DNA of 64,000 bases from a virus (taxonomy: Duplodnaviria > Caudoviricetes), in IMG/VR virus record IMGVR_UViG_3300049012_000071, positions 37,653-101,652 of that record. One strand, given 5' to 3'. A model generated the notes under the pieces. The model had not been told where the DNA came from, searched no databases, and worked only from the letters and a program-made list of their open reading frames with translations. A program made the position numbers and the translations under genes. Each line of letters begins with the position of its first letter. The first letter of the stretch is position 1. Below, in pieces: positions 19,396-28,318 of the stretch.

Positions 19396-19745
19396 GAGCG
19401 AACGAATTTTGCTACTGGCTGCAAGGATACTTCGAGATCGGTGAGGCAGACGGCGGCGTGCGCGATGTGCTCACGGCTGCGGGTGTCCGCTGCGTCAAGG
19501 CGCATCTCGCCCTGGTAAAGAAGGTGGAGCCTGAACACGCGAACGTGTTTGTGGCGTGGCTGAGCGAGCGCCTGGAGCGCGCCGACGGCAACAAGGCGAT
19601 TGACTCCGCGGACATCCGCCGCTTCCTTGCTGCGCAGTTTCAGCACGCGATCGACCCGTCCTACGGCGGAGATCAGAAGGAGCTGGGCAAGGTTCACGGG
19701 ACCAGCGGCTCGGGCTGGCCCACGGACGGACTGATCCGGTGCTGA
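19392..19745 (+). CDS. hypothetical phage protein
   Basis: FCYWLQGYFEI N-terminus; GTGA overlap. Confidence 0.6.
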   Translation: MRANEFCYWLQGYFEIGEADGGVRDVLTAAGVRCVKAHLALVKKVEPEHANVFVAWLSERLERADGNKAIDSADIRRFLAAQFQHAIDPSYGGDQKELGKVHGTSGSGWPTDGLIRC

Positions 19746-19758
19746 AGGAGGCTCCCTG

Positions 19759-21489
19759 ATGTCGAAGACACAGACGGTGCCCGTGCGCTGCGAGCCGACG
19801 GCCTTCTGCGACATGCCGGATCAGGCCGCCCAGGTGGCGAGCGCCATCGCAGCGGCCACGGGCCGAGGCGTGGAGGGCGAGCGGGTGGTGGCGGCAACGC
19901 CGGCGTCGCCCATCCCCGGCCCCACGGCGCGTGATGCCGTCGCCGGCATGCTACTGCGGCTCGGCTGGGACGACACCGCGGTCGATCTCGCAACCAGCAA
20001 CATCTGCGTCGCGGACGCCGCTGGACGCATCAGGCGCGCATACGCCTGGCCGAGTCCGAGCCCGACACCGCCCGAGGACGCCGCCTGCATCGCCGCCCTC
20101 GAAGCCCTCGCCACGCGCGAGGCATGCACCGTCGGCCACGGCGTCAACGACGCCTGCGCGGAGTGCGCGCCGGGGGAGCAGGTGGAGGGCGCCGCGCCGG
20201 ATCGGGAAACGCTCGGGCGCGCGGTGCATGAGGTGTGGCGTCGCCACGGCGTGCTGCCTGTCGAGTGGGAGGAGATCGGCGCGCAGGCTCAGGACGTTTA
20301 CCGCCTCATCGGCGAGCGCCTCTTCGCCATGGGCGTGGAGCATGGCCGGGCGCATCATGATGACGGCGGGATCCGGGAGGTCTGGGCTCTGAAAGCTCAG
20401 CTGAGCGGCGTCATGGTCGCGCTCGGGGGCCGAGACGGCGAGAGCGCGGTTGATGCGGCTGTGCGGGTGGCCGGCGAGGCGATGAGCCTGAAGGCCGAGC
20501 GCGAGGAGATCCAGCGGCAGTGGGAGGAGCAGGGCGCGCGGCTGCATGCGCTGGAACAGCAGCACGAGGCGCACCGCGACGCGATCTGGGAGGTCAAGGG
20601 CATCCTGGGCGCTCCGTCCGTCGAGAGCCTGAAGACGCACGCGGAGAAAGTGAAGGATGCGCTCTTCGGTGCGGTGGCCGAGGCGCGCGAGAGCAAGGAC
20701 GCGCTGGAGCGCGCGGCCAAGGAGCGTGAGGCGCTGCGGAAGCGGGTGGCGGAACTGGAGGAGGAGAACTCGAAGCTGTATCGCGCGGCGCAGGATGCGA
20801 AACGAGAGGGGCGCCTCGAGGGTCAGATGGAGATCGACCGCCTCGGCAAGGCCCACGAGAGCGCCTGTGCCAGGGCACGAGACGCCCGCTCTGCCGGCGC
20901 CGCCGAGATACGGGAGCGGGCGGCGTCGCTGGTGCTGAACTGGGAGCCGTGGGAGGGGCTGCTGAAGCTCGCCGAGCGCATCAGGGAGCTGCCGATCGGC
21001 GATGCTGGCGCGGCCACGGTGGAGGCGAAGCGCCCGCCCCTTGCGGCAGGGCAGGCCTGGCGTGACGGGAAGGGGCGGCCGATCGCGATCCGACCCGGAG
21101 CAGTGGACGGCTTACTCCAGGCCGTCGGCCCGTTCGGGCAAATCGCTGTGTTCTGCGATGGCGCGGCGGCGCCGGAGGAGTGGAGCCTTGACGAGCCGGC
21201 GGCGACCAACCCCGGAGGCTCCGAGGTCGAGCCGCCGAAGCCGAGCCGCGTCGAGGTGGGCCAGGTGTGGCGCTGCGTTGGCATCCGCGGCGATCTGGAG
21301 GTTGTTGAGGTTCTCCCGACCCGCGCGCGGCTGACCGACGGCCGCGAAGGCGGATCGGAACCAGAGCAGGCCCCGTACGGGGCTCGCATGGACGCGATGC
21401 TCGATCTGCCGCAGTGGACCTTCGTCCGCTGGCCTGTTCGCTCGCCCGCCGACGTCCGCGCCGCGCAGGACGCTGGGGGTGGGCCGTGA
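19759..21489 (+). CDS. large modular coiled-coil protein (possible RyR-like segment)
   Basis: AVHEVW...LPVEWEEI...QDVYR; long heptad region; two GQxW modules. Confidence 0.55.
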   Translation: MSKTQTVPVRCEPTAFCDMPDQAAQVASAIAAATGRGVEGERVVAATPASPIPGPTARDAVAGMLLRLGWDDTAVDLATSNICVADAAGRIRRAYAWPSPSPTPPEDAACIAALEALATREACTVGHGVNDACAECAPGEQVEGAAPDRETLGRAVHEVWRRHGVLPVEWEEIGAQAQDVYRLIGERLFAMGVEHGRAHHDDGGIREVWALKAQLSGVMVALGGRDGESAVDAAVRVAGEAMSLKAEREEIQRQWEEQGARLHALEQQHEAHRDAIWEVKGILGAPSVESLKTHAEKVKDALFGAVAEARESKDALERAAKEREALRKRVAELEEENSKLYRAAQDAKREGRLEGQMEIDRLGKAHESACARARDARSAGAAEIRERAASLVLNWEPWEGLLKLAERIRELPIGDAGAATVEAKRPPLAAGQAWRDGKGRPIAIRPGAVDGLLQAVGPFGQIAVFCDGAAAPEEWSLDEPAATNPGGSEVEPPKPSRVEVGQVWRCVGIRGDLEVVEVLPTRARLTDGREGGSEPEQAPYGARMDAMLDLPQWTFVRWPVRSPADVRAAQDAGGGP

Positions 21490-21827
21490 GACACCTGCGA
21501 TTCGTGGCCCTGTGGGGTGCGGCGTGCATCGGACAACTTCTGTCGATCCTGCTCGGCGCGCCGTGGTGGGCGTACCCGGTCATCATCGTAGTGGCCGCCA
21601 TCGTCGAGCGACGGCTGCTCTCCTACGAGCGCCGACGCCACGAGATATACGAGATGGTAGAGAAGTGGATGACGGCCCATCCGGGCCGCTGCCCGGTCTG
21701 CCACTTCCACGCGGACGCGGTCTCGCGCTACGGGGCAGACCGCATCAGGCCGCTGCCACTCCACGACTGCCCGGAGCACGGGCCGACCGGGCACTGCTCG
21801 CGCTTCGGCGGGGAAGGAGCCCGATGA
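21486..21827 (+). CDS. membrane protein with C-terminal Cys/His motif
   Basis: 2 TM helices; CPVC...HDC. Confidence 0.55.
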   Translation: MRHLRFVALWGAACIGQLLSILLGAPWWAYPVIIVVAAIVERRLLSYERRRHEIYEMVEKWMTAHPGRCPVCHFHADAVSRYGADRIRPLPLHDCPEHGPTGHCSRFGGEGAR

Positions 21828-22021
21828 GAACCGCCGCGGCCCTGCTCGCGGTCATGGCGATGCCGCTCTCCGTGGTAGCCGGCGTGCAGCGCGCGGAGGC
21901 TCCCCAGGCGGCGAGCCTCGCTGCGACGATGGCGGGCGCGTACGGCGTCGGGGCGGTCGTGCTGTGGCTCGCGGCCGAGGCGATAAGGTGGAGAGGGCGG
22001 AGAGGCGGAGGGTGGAGATGA
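21824..22021 (+). CDS. small 2-TM protein
   Basis: ATGA overlap; hydrophobic. Confidence 0.5.
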   Translation: MRTAAALLAVMAMPLSVVAGVQRAEAPQAASLAATMAGAYGVGAVVLWLAAEAIRWRGRRGGGWR

Positions 22022-22108
22022 CCGCGCACCTCACGCCGCGCCGCTGCCGCCCGAGCCCGACGACGAGGGGAGCCGCTACGACGCCGAGGTGGCGGAGAGG
22101 ATGGGGAG

Positions 22109-22645
22109 ATGACGTCGGAAGCGCGCGAGACCCAGCTCTCGGACGAGGAGATCGAGGAGGTGGTCTGCCCGCGGTGCTTCGCCAACACGGGCGAATCGTG
22201 CGAGACGCCGGCCGGCGAAGTCGCCGTGACGACCCACGCCGCGCGCAGGAGGAAGGCCGAGAGCATCCTCGAGGACCTCGCGACGCTGGGGCATCTGCCG
22301 GAGCTCGGGCCGGAGACGGAGCATGCTGCGGGGCCGCCGCCGGCGCTGGTGGAGGACCAGCCGGCCCAGGATGACGAGACGGACCCTGAGCCGGCGGTGG
22401 CGAGGGGGAGGCTACAGGCCCAGGGACCGCTCGATGAGCGCCGCGACGATCATGGCCACCGCCATGGGGACGGCGACGCACATCCGACGGAAGCGGCTGC
22501 GGGAGGAGTACCAGGGATGCAGCTCGAGGAGCCCGCTGGTGAGGGTCAGGAGGAAGAGAGCGACGAGGTAGAAGGCAGGGGTCATTACCCCGATGTGTCC
22601 GGGGGCCATGTTGCGGTGATTCCGGAGGGAGGCGCGCGTGGCTGA
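22109..22645 (+). CDS. phage Zn-finger protein
   Basis: CPRCFA..GESC...THAAR. Confidence 0.55.
   Translation: MTSEARETQLSDEEIEEVVCPRCFANTGESCETPAGEVAVTTHAARRRKAESILEDLATLGHLPELGPETEHAAGPPPALVEDQPAQDDETDPEPAVARGRLQAQGPLDERRDDHGHRHGDGDAHPTEAAAGGVPGMQLEEPAGEGQEEESDEVEGRGHYPDVSGGHVAVIPEGGARG
22412..22585 (-). CDS. small antisense 2-TM protein
   Basis: MTPAFYLVALFLLTLTSGLL...CVAVPMAVAMIVAALI. Confidence 0.4.
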   Translation of the reverse strand: MTPAFYLVALFLLTLTSGLLELHPWYSSRSRFRRMCVAVPMAVAMIVAALIERSLGL

Positions 22646-22898
22646 CCCCAGGCTCTGGCTCGCTCTGGTAGCCATCTTCGTCGCCTATTTCTCCGGCCGG
22701 AAGGCCGCGGCCTCTCTGCGCGCCGCTGCCACGCCCCTCGTCTGGCGCAACCTCGCCACGAGCGTCGCCGTCGAGCAGGGCGAGATCCGGATCCGCGTCG
22801 AGCTCGACAACGAGGTGGCCGTCAACCTGCACATGGGCGCCGACACCTCGCGGCGCATCGCGGAGAAGGTGCAGCAGGAGGAGGTGGCTGGTGGATGA
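22638..22898 (+). CDS. single-TM hypothetical protein
   Basis: GGAGG RBS; N-terminal TM. Confidence 0.55.
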   Translation: MADPRLWLALVAIFVAYFSGRKAAASLRAAATPLVWRNLATSVAVEQGEIRIRVELDNEVAVNLHMGADTSRRIAEKVQQEEVAGG

Positions 22899-23679
22899 AC
22901 CGCAGGTCTTCTACTTCGGCGCGTGGGGTGCAGCGGGCCACTACCTGTGGACGCCGGACGGGCGGACCGCTTGGGACGCGCAGCGGATGCTTCCGTGGAG
23001 GGACCTCGACGGCGTGCTGGCCGGCGACCCCGCGCTCGAGGACACGTGCCGACGACGCTATTGGTCGAGCGACAACCAGCCAGAGGGCTGGGCGCGACTG
23101 CATCGCCTCAACGGCTGGACGGCGCTCGCGTTCTGGGATCGGTCCTGCGACACGAGAGGCGGGTCCAACTCGGCGCTCATCGCCCGCGGCGAGCACACGG
23201 CGGCCGAGATGGTGGAGCTGTTCCGGCGGGCGTTCCCGGCGGTGTGGGAGCGGATCACGCGGCGGTTCCAGCTGGTGTTGCCGATCGAGGAGGGCCGGTC
23301 GAGCAACGACTTCGAGCGCGGGCGTCAGGCGGCGATCACGTGGGGCGGGGACACGTCCGGTGTCCGGGCAACGGCGCAGCGGGTCCTGAGCGCTCTTCGG
23401 CACGAGGCGGCGACGCACTCTGCCCCCTCCGGCGTCCCCGCGGGGCTCCGGGAGCTCGCCGACGAGGTGGAGAAGATGGCCAGGGAGGCGAGGGAGCGGG
23501 CGGAATCGGGCGGCGCTAGCCAGGAGCCGTCGGGGCGCCACGGCGTCTGTGTCCGTCAAGCTGAGCGCGTTGACGCTGTCTCCGGCTGTGACGGGGGTAG
23601 TAGGGGGTTGACCGAGGATCCGTGTCAAGAGAAATCGCCAGAGCCTCCGGATGTCGAGGCTCCGGAGGGCAACCGATGA
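22891..23679 (+). CDS. hypothetical phage protein
   Basis: FYFG...GHYLW...GWTALAFWDRS.D.RGGSNS. Confidence 0.6.
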   Translation: MDEPQVFYFGAWGAAGHYLWTPDGRTAWDAQRMLPWRDLDGVLAGDPALEDTCRRRYWSSDNQPEGWARLHRLNGWTALAFWDRSCDTRGGSNSALIARGEHTAAEMVELFRRAFPAVWERITRRFQLVLPIEEGRSSNDFERGRQAAITWGGDTSGVRATAQRVLSALRHEAATHSAPSGVPAGLRELADEVEKMAREARERAESGGASQEPSGRHGVCVRQAERVDAVSGCDGGSRGLTEDPCQEKSPEPPDVEAPEGNR

Positions 23680-24626
23680 GCGGGGCGTGCTGCTCGGTGG
23701 GGGCCCGTCCCGACGCGGCGGAGATCGACGCGGCGCTGAGGGCATCAGCCGAGGCTATCGCGTCCGGGAAGGACCCGCCGGAGAGCATCAACGCACTGGC
23801 GCGGCGCACCGCGGCGTCGAAGACATCCATCCTGCGGCACCGGGATCGGTGTCTTGGACTGGTCCATCTGGCTCGTGGTCCAGACCAAGTGGAGGTGGAC
23901 CGGGTGGCAAGAACGCCGGATTTGTCCGGTGGACCGGCGGTGGACCGGCCAGTCCAGCTCGGTCCGAGCGCGGCGCCGCTCGAGGAGGCGGTCGACGAGC
24001 TCGCGCGGCCCCTGGCCAAGGTCCCCAACCCAGGGGACGACCCGGTGACGGCCCCGCGGAAGCTCATCACGGCCGAGGTGGAACGGCGCGTGGTCCGGCT
24101 ACGGGTCCGAGGCAAGACATGGGAGGAGATCGGGGAACAGGTGGGCGTCGACTGGGGCGCCGCGATGGACGCAGCGGAGCGGGTGCTGCTCCGGACGCGG
24201 GGCAGAGCCGACCGGCTGGCTGACCAGTACCGCGAGATCGAACTCCGTCGCTGCGACGAGCTCATCGACGCCCTCTGGGACCGGGCAACGAACCCTGACA
24301 TGGCCCGCGTCGAGGTGCCCACCGAGGAGACGGTCAAGGAATACGACCTCCAGGACAAGGCCGTCGAGCGCATCGTGAAGCTTATGGAGCGCCGAGCAAA
24401 GCTGCTCGGACTCGACGCACCGACAGGCCCTGTGGTGCAGGTCAATATCGGCCTGGATGAGGCCAGCCGCGCCATGGCCGCGTTCCTCCTGGCCGCTGCG
24501 CCGCAGGTGCGCCCGTTGTTCGTCGAGTGGCTGTCGGCCATCCGGTCCGGCGACGCACAGGCCAAGACGGACCCGGCGGCCTGGGTTGCCGCGCGACCAG
24601 TCGAGTACGCGGAGGCCAGCCGCTAA
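23676..24626 (+). CDS. terminase small subunit-like protein
   Basis: HTH LRVRGKTWEEIGEQVG; ERRAKLLGLDAP; overlaps terL. Confidence 0.7.
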   Translation: MSGACCSVGARPDAAEIDAALRASAEAIASGKDPPESINALARRTAASKTSILRHRDRCLGLVHLARGPDQVEVDRVARTPDLSGGPAVDRPVQLGPSAAPLEEAVDELARPLAKVPNPGDDPVTAPRKLITAEVERRVVRLRVRGKTWEEIGEQVGVDWGAAMDAAERVLLRTRGRADRLADQYREIELRRCDELIDALWDRATNPDMARVEVPTEETVKEYDLQDKAVERIVKLMERRAKLLGLDAPTGPVVQVNIGLDEASRAMAAFLLAAAPQVRPLFVEWLSAIRSGDAQAKTDPAAWVAARPVEYAEASR

Positions 24627-26257
24627 TGGGGGAGCCCGCAGACAACCTGGAGCGCTTCGCTGAGGCAGCTCTGGAGGTAGCCAGCGGGGACGTCGCCAAC
24701 GACAACGGCCCAGCGCTCGGCCCAGGTCTCTCCTTCGAGACACTGGTCACACACCGGGACCTCGCCGCCTTCCGGGCGTCGCCGACCCAGCTCGCACTCA
24801 TCCGCTCCGCCGATGGGCGCGGGGACGAGGTGCAGCTCCCGCCCGACCGGATGCTGTTCCACTTCAACCAGGAGCGCCTGCCGAGCGGTCGCCCTCGCCT
24901 TGTGGTGCTCCGGACCGGGGTTCGCGCGGGGAAGAGCTTCCTGGCCGCGATGGCGCTGCTCCTCTCGGTGCTCACCTGCACGTTCCGGCGCGCGCCGCTC
25001 GAGCACGAGGTCGCCGATCCGGACGGCATGGTGGGCGTCCGCAAGGGGGAGTTCGTCCGGGCGCTCATCGTGGCCCCGGTGATGGAGCTGTCGAAAGCCG
25101 TCCTCTACCACCTCGTGGGGACGATGCAGTCATCGCCGAGGCTGGCGAAGCTGCTCGTGAAGGTCGGCAGCAACTTCTGCGTCATCCGTCGGGAGGACGG
25201 GCACAATGTCCTTGTCAAGCTCGTGGCCGCGTCGGGCGGCGGCACGAACCTGCGATCGACGTGGCTTGCTGGGGTGGTGTTCGACGAGGGGGCGTTCTTC
25301 GACGAGGACGGCAAGGCTGTCACGCTGAAGGACCAGCTCCGCGCGGCGATGGCGCGCCTGCTGAAGGGCGCCCAGGCATGGGTGCCGAGCTCACCGTGGA
25401 ACGACTCGGACCCGTTCCACGAGCTCTTTGAGAGGCACTTCGGCAAGCCTGGGCACGCGCTGGCGTTCCACAGCGACTCGCGCAGCATGAACCCAACGCT
25501 CGACCCGGATGAGGAACAGGCCGAGCGCGAGCGGGACCCCGACAACGCGGCGCGGGAGTACGACGCGGTGCCGCTCCCGACAGGCTCGTCGCTGTTCTTC
25601 CCGCCGGACGCGTTGGTCAAGTCGGTGAACAAGGACAGGGAGATGTACCTGGCGCCGCTGCGCGGGGTGGCGCACTCTGCGGCGTCCGACCTCGGCCTGC
25701 GGAAGAACAGCAGCGCGGTGGCCACGGCCCGCTTCGAGGGCGGCAAGGTGCGGCTCGCCTACCACGAGGAGCTCCGGCCCGAACGCGGTGCCTCGCTGAA
25801 GCCGTCGGCCACTTGCGCCCACGTCGCGAGGAAGGCGCTCGCGTACGGGTGCAGGACGGTGCGCGGCGACATCCACTACGCCGACACCGCGAAAGAGGAG
25901 TTCGAGAAGCTGCGCGGCGAAGGTCACGAGATCTACTACGACGAGTGGACACCGCGTGCGGAGGCGACCACGGCGATGTTCACGGAGTTCCGCCGGCGCA
26001 TGCAGGAGGGGCTCGTCGAGCTGCCAAACGACCCGCGGCTACTCGGGCAGCTGAAGGCGGTGACGTGGAAGGCGATGGAGGGCGGCGTCATCAAGGTGCT
26101 GCTGCCCAAGCAGGGGCAGACCCACGGCGATCTGGCGCAGGTGGTGGTCAGCGCCTGCACAATGGTCGAGATCCCGACTCCGGGCGGCGTGGCATCGATC
26201 AAGGACTACACCTTCAGCGCCGACTACCGCTTCGGCCGGGGCAGGGGCTTCGGGTGA
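24626..26257 (+). CDS. terL: terminase large subunit
   Basis: Walker A GVRAGKS, Walker B VVFDEGAF, SSPW, ASDLG, HGDLA nuclease acidic residues. Confidence 0.85.
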   Translation: MGEPADNLERFAEAALEVASGDVANDNGPALGPGLSFETLVTHRDLAAFRASPTQLALIRSADGRGDEVQLPPDRMLFHFNQERLPSGRPRLVVLRTGVRAGKSFLAAMALLLSVLTCTFRRAPLEHEVADPDGMVGVRKGEFVRALIVAPVMELSKAVLYHLVGTMQSSPRLAKLLVKVGSNFCVIRREDGHNVLVKLVAASGGGTNLRSTWLAGVVFDEGAFFDEDGKAVTLKDQLRAAMARLLKGAQAWVPSSPWNDSDPFHELFERHFGKPGHALAFHSDSRSMNPTLDPDEEQAERERDPDNAAREYDAVPLPTGSSLFFPPDALVKSVNKDREMYLAPLRGVAHSAASDLGLRKNSSAVATARFEGGKVRLAYHEELRPERGASLKPSATCAHVARKALAYGCRTVRGDIHYADTAKEEFEKLRGEGHEIYYDEWTPRAEATTAMFTEFRRRMQEGLVELPNDPRLLGQLKAVTWKAMEGGVIKVLLPKQGQTHGDLAQVVVSACTMVEIPTPGGVASIKDYTFSADYRFGRGRGFG

Positions 26258-26303
26258 GCGCGGCGTCGCGACCTAAGACGGCAGACGCTCTCCCACGCTA
26301 ACA

Positions 26304-26323
26304 TAGTACGCCGTGGCGTATCA
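26304..26323 (-). promoter_or_regulatory. operator 1 within leftward promoter TTGCAC-N17-TACTAT
   Basis: Reverse strand TGATACGCCACGGCGTACTA. Confidence 0.8.
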
Positions 26324-26488
26324 ACGTGCAAGGGTGCAACGCACGTGGCGTGTCGATTCTTGGAGGCGGCGCGAGTCGGAGCCTCGGCGGGTGTGGCTCG
26401 GCCCTTGCTGATAGGGCATGCGCCCAGGCCGCCGTCTGGGCAGCTGCGCCAGCCTGTGGCGATGCCCGCCCCGCTGGCCTTGGGCTGA

Positions 26489-26508
26489 GGGGCCGGTCGC
26501 CCGGCCCC
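26489..26508 (-). terminator. GNRA-capped hairpin after small gene
   Basis: GGGGCCGG-GCGA-CCGGCCCC on the - strand; no U tract. Confidence 0.45.
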
Positions 26509-26516
26509 CGCCTCCC

Positions 26517-26690
26517 TCACCGCCAGCCGCTCTTGAACAGGTCGGCCATCATCTTGCGGCACTCGGCCTTGGTGATCTCCATCTCGCGAGCGCCCTTCTC
26601 GTCCGTGGTGATGACCTTGGTCATGTTGCGCTTCGAGCTCTTCGCCAACTCCACCGTCGTTCCCGTCGTCCTCTCCGTCAGCTTCACCAT
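26517..26690 (-). CDS. 57-aa small protein under operator control
   Basis: MVKLTERTTG...FKSGWR; GAGG RBS; promoter directly upstream. Confidence 0.7.
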   Translation of the reverse strand: MVKLTERTTGTTVELAKSSKRNMTKVITTDEKGAREMEITKAECRKMMADLFKSGWR

Positions 26691-26710
26691 CGCCGCACCT
26701 CGTGACCTGA

Positions 26711-26730
26711 TGATACGCCATGGCGTATCA
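26711..26730 (-). promoter_or_regulatory. operator 2 (perfect palindrome) in promoter TTGCCA-N17-TATCAT
   Basis: TGATACGCCATGGCGTATCA. Confidence 0.88.
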
Positions 26731-26868
26731 GTTGGCAAGGACTGTTTGAGGTGGTCGGTCGTTTTTTCGGAGAGGCCACTGCGGCGGTGCGGTGGACGAT
26801 GTGTGACAGCGTCTGTGCTATGACGCTCAGCCAGGCAGCGGCGCCTGGCCGGAGCTGCCCCGGGGCGA

Positions 26869-27168
26869 TCACGAGCCCTTGGCACGCGGCTTCCGCTTCT
26901 GGGCCTCCTCGCTGGCCTCCGACGGCCTCGACGCGCGGCTGGTGCCGAGCTCGGTCTCCCCGGTGATCTCGAAGCGGTAGCCCGTGACCTTGGCGATGTC
27001 GCGCAGCGCCTCCAGGCTGGGCCGCTGGCCGCCGTATAGCTCGCTCATGGTGGCCCGGCGGATCTTGCCACCGGCTCCGAGGATGCGATGCATGACGGCA
27101 GCCTGGCCTCCGGCTGAGTCGATGGCGGCCCGGAGCTGGTCGGTGATGCTCGGCGGCGTCTTGCTCAT
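26869..27168 (-). CDS. XRE/Cro-like HTH repressor, leaderless
   Basis: RRATMSELYGGQRPSLEALRDIAKVTG; ATG 6 nt after a TATCAT -10. Confidence 0.75.
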   Translation of the reverse strand: MSKTPPSITDQLRAAIDSAGGQAAVMHRILGAGGKIRRATMSELYGGQRPSLEALRDIAKVTGYRFEITGETELGTSRASRPSEASEEAQKRKPRAKGS

Positions 27169-27175
27169 GCCGTCA

Positions 27176-27195
27176 TGATACGTCGTGGCGTACCA
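27176..27195 (-). promoter_or_regulatory. operator 3 in promoter TTGCGC-N17-TATCAT of the HTH gene
   Basis: TGATACGTCGTGGCGTACCA. Confidence 0.85.
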
Positions 27196-27280
27196 TGGCG
27201 CAAGCTCCAGATGCGAGCTGGCCAGCGCGAGGCGGCACCTGGGGGAATCGACAGGGCGCCCCCAGAAACCTCTTGCGCCA

Positions 27281-27300
27281 TGATACGCCATGGCGTATCA
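27281..27300 (+). promoter_or_regulatory. operator 4 (perfect palindrome) in promoter TTGCGC-N17-TATCAT
   Basis: TGATACGCCATGGCGTATCA. Confidence 0.88.
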
Positions 27301-27307
27301 TATGGGT

Positions 27308-27574
27308 ATGAAGTCGACGACGCGAGCCCGGGGCCAGAACATCAAGGTCAACGTCCGCTACAGCAGCTACAACGACGTCACCTTCATGACGGTCCAGGCC
27401 GGCGTCGTCTCTATGCGCGGCTCGGTCGAGGGCCGCGGCATCCCGGACGTCTGGCACGTCGAGGTCGGCACCAAGAACTGGGGCCGCTGCGTGACCAGCG
27501 ACCTCAAGCTCTACACGATGCGCGGCCGCGGTATCGCGGCGATGATCAAGGCGATGCGGACGGGGCGGATCTGA
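27308..27574 (+). CDS. 88-aa small protein, leaderless
   Basis: ATG 6 nt after -10; GC3-rich codons. Confidence 0.7.
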   Translation: MKSTTRARGQNIKVNVRYSSYNDVTFMTVQAGVVSMRGSVEGRGIPDVWHVEVGTKNWGRCVTSDLKLYTMRGRGIAAMIKAMRTGRI

Positions 27575-27580
27575 GGGGCG

Positions 27581-27604
27581 GCGGGCCCGGGAGACCGGGC
27601 CCGC
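27581..27604 (+). terminator. 10-bp GNRA-capped hairpin
   Basis: GCGGGCCCGG-GAGA-CCGGGCCCGC. Confidence 0.5.
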
Positions 27605-27623
27605 ACCAGCGGAGGAGGCAGCG

Positions 27624-27839
27624 ATGAAGACGACGGATGCGTGGGGCAGGACGAGGGAGCGGGCAGTCGAGAGTGCGCGCAGGGTGGCGGCGCTCCACCC
27701 GGGGAAGGAGCTCGTGCTTGGCCGGCTCTACATGAGCCCGCGGCGCTGGCTGTGGGGCGAGCGCTTCGGCGACAAGGTGGCCCGGGAGCTCGACACCGGC
27801 GAGCGCTGGGAGCCTGTCGAGGTCGTGACGGCGGGGTGA
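27624..27839 (+). CDS. small hypothetical protein
   Basis: GGAGGAGG RBS. Confidence 0.65.
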   Translation: MKTTDAWGRTRERAVESARRVAALHPGKELVLGRLYMSPRRWLWGERFGDKVARELDTGERWEPVEVVTAG

Positions 27840-27903
27840 TGGCAGCGCCGGTGTGGGCCGAGGCGTAGAATCGACATGACCGTGACGATTCACGGTTGCG
27901 CAG

Positions 27904-27923
27904 TGTTACGCCACGACGTATCA
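27904..27923 (+). promoter_or_regulatory. operator 5 in promoter TTGCGC-N17-TATCAT
   Basis: TGTTACGCCACGACGTATCA. Confidence 0.82.
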
Positions 27924-27978
27924 TGGTAGCGTGGGAGAGCGTGGCCCGCATAGGGCGCGATGTCGACAAGGAGGTGGC

Positions 27979-28227
27979 ATGATGCATCGCATACAGAATG
28001 ACTCTCGCTTTCAGCGGTTGCGCCATCGTCGGCGCACCAGGGCAGCTGAGCGCCGGGCGTTGTCGCGAGCGAAGCGGACCGTGGCTCGGTGGCAGCAGTC
28101 GCGTCGCGGGATGACGCCATCGAGTCTTTACCTGGAGCGCGTCGCGGTGGGCGGCTGGGTGTACGTGCTCTGCGACCTGGGCGACTCCAGTGGTAGAGCC
28201 TTTGCTAGATTCCGCGCCTGGCGATGA
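27979..28227 (+). CDS. basic hypothetical protein
   Basis: AAGGAGG RBS. Confidence 0.55.
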   Translation: MMHRIQNDSRFQRLRHRRRTRAAERRALSRAKRTVARWQQSRRGMTPSSLYLERVAVGGWVYVLCDLGDSSGRAFARFRAWR

Positions 28228-28318
28228 AGCTACGTCTCATGTCGATTCTTCCTTGCGCCTCACTGGCCATCAGCTAGATATGGTATCGGACGGGAGCGCG
28301 CGTCTCCCTGGAGCTAAC

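Noticed and set aside
26304-27923. CRISPR array from the repeated 20-bp palindrome
   Set aside because: Spacing is irregular (about 100-620 bp), genes lie between copies, each copy is inside a promoter, and no cas genes are present
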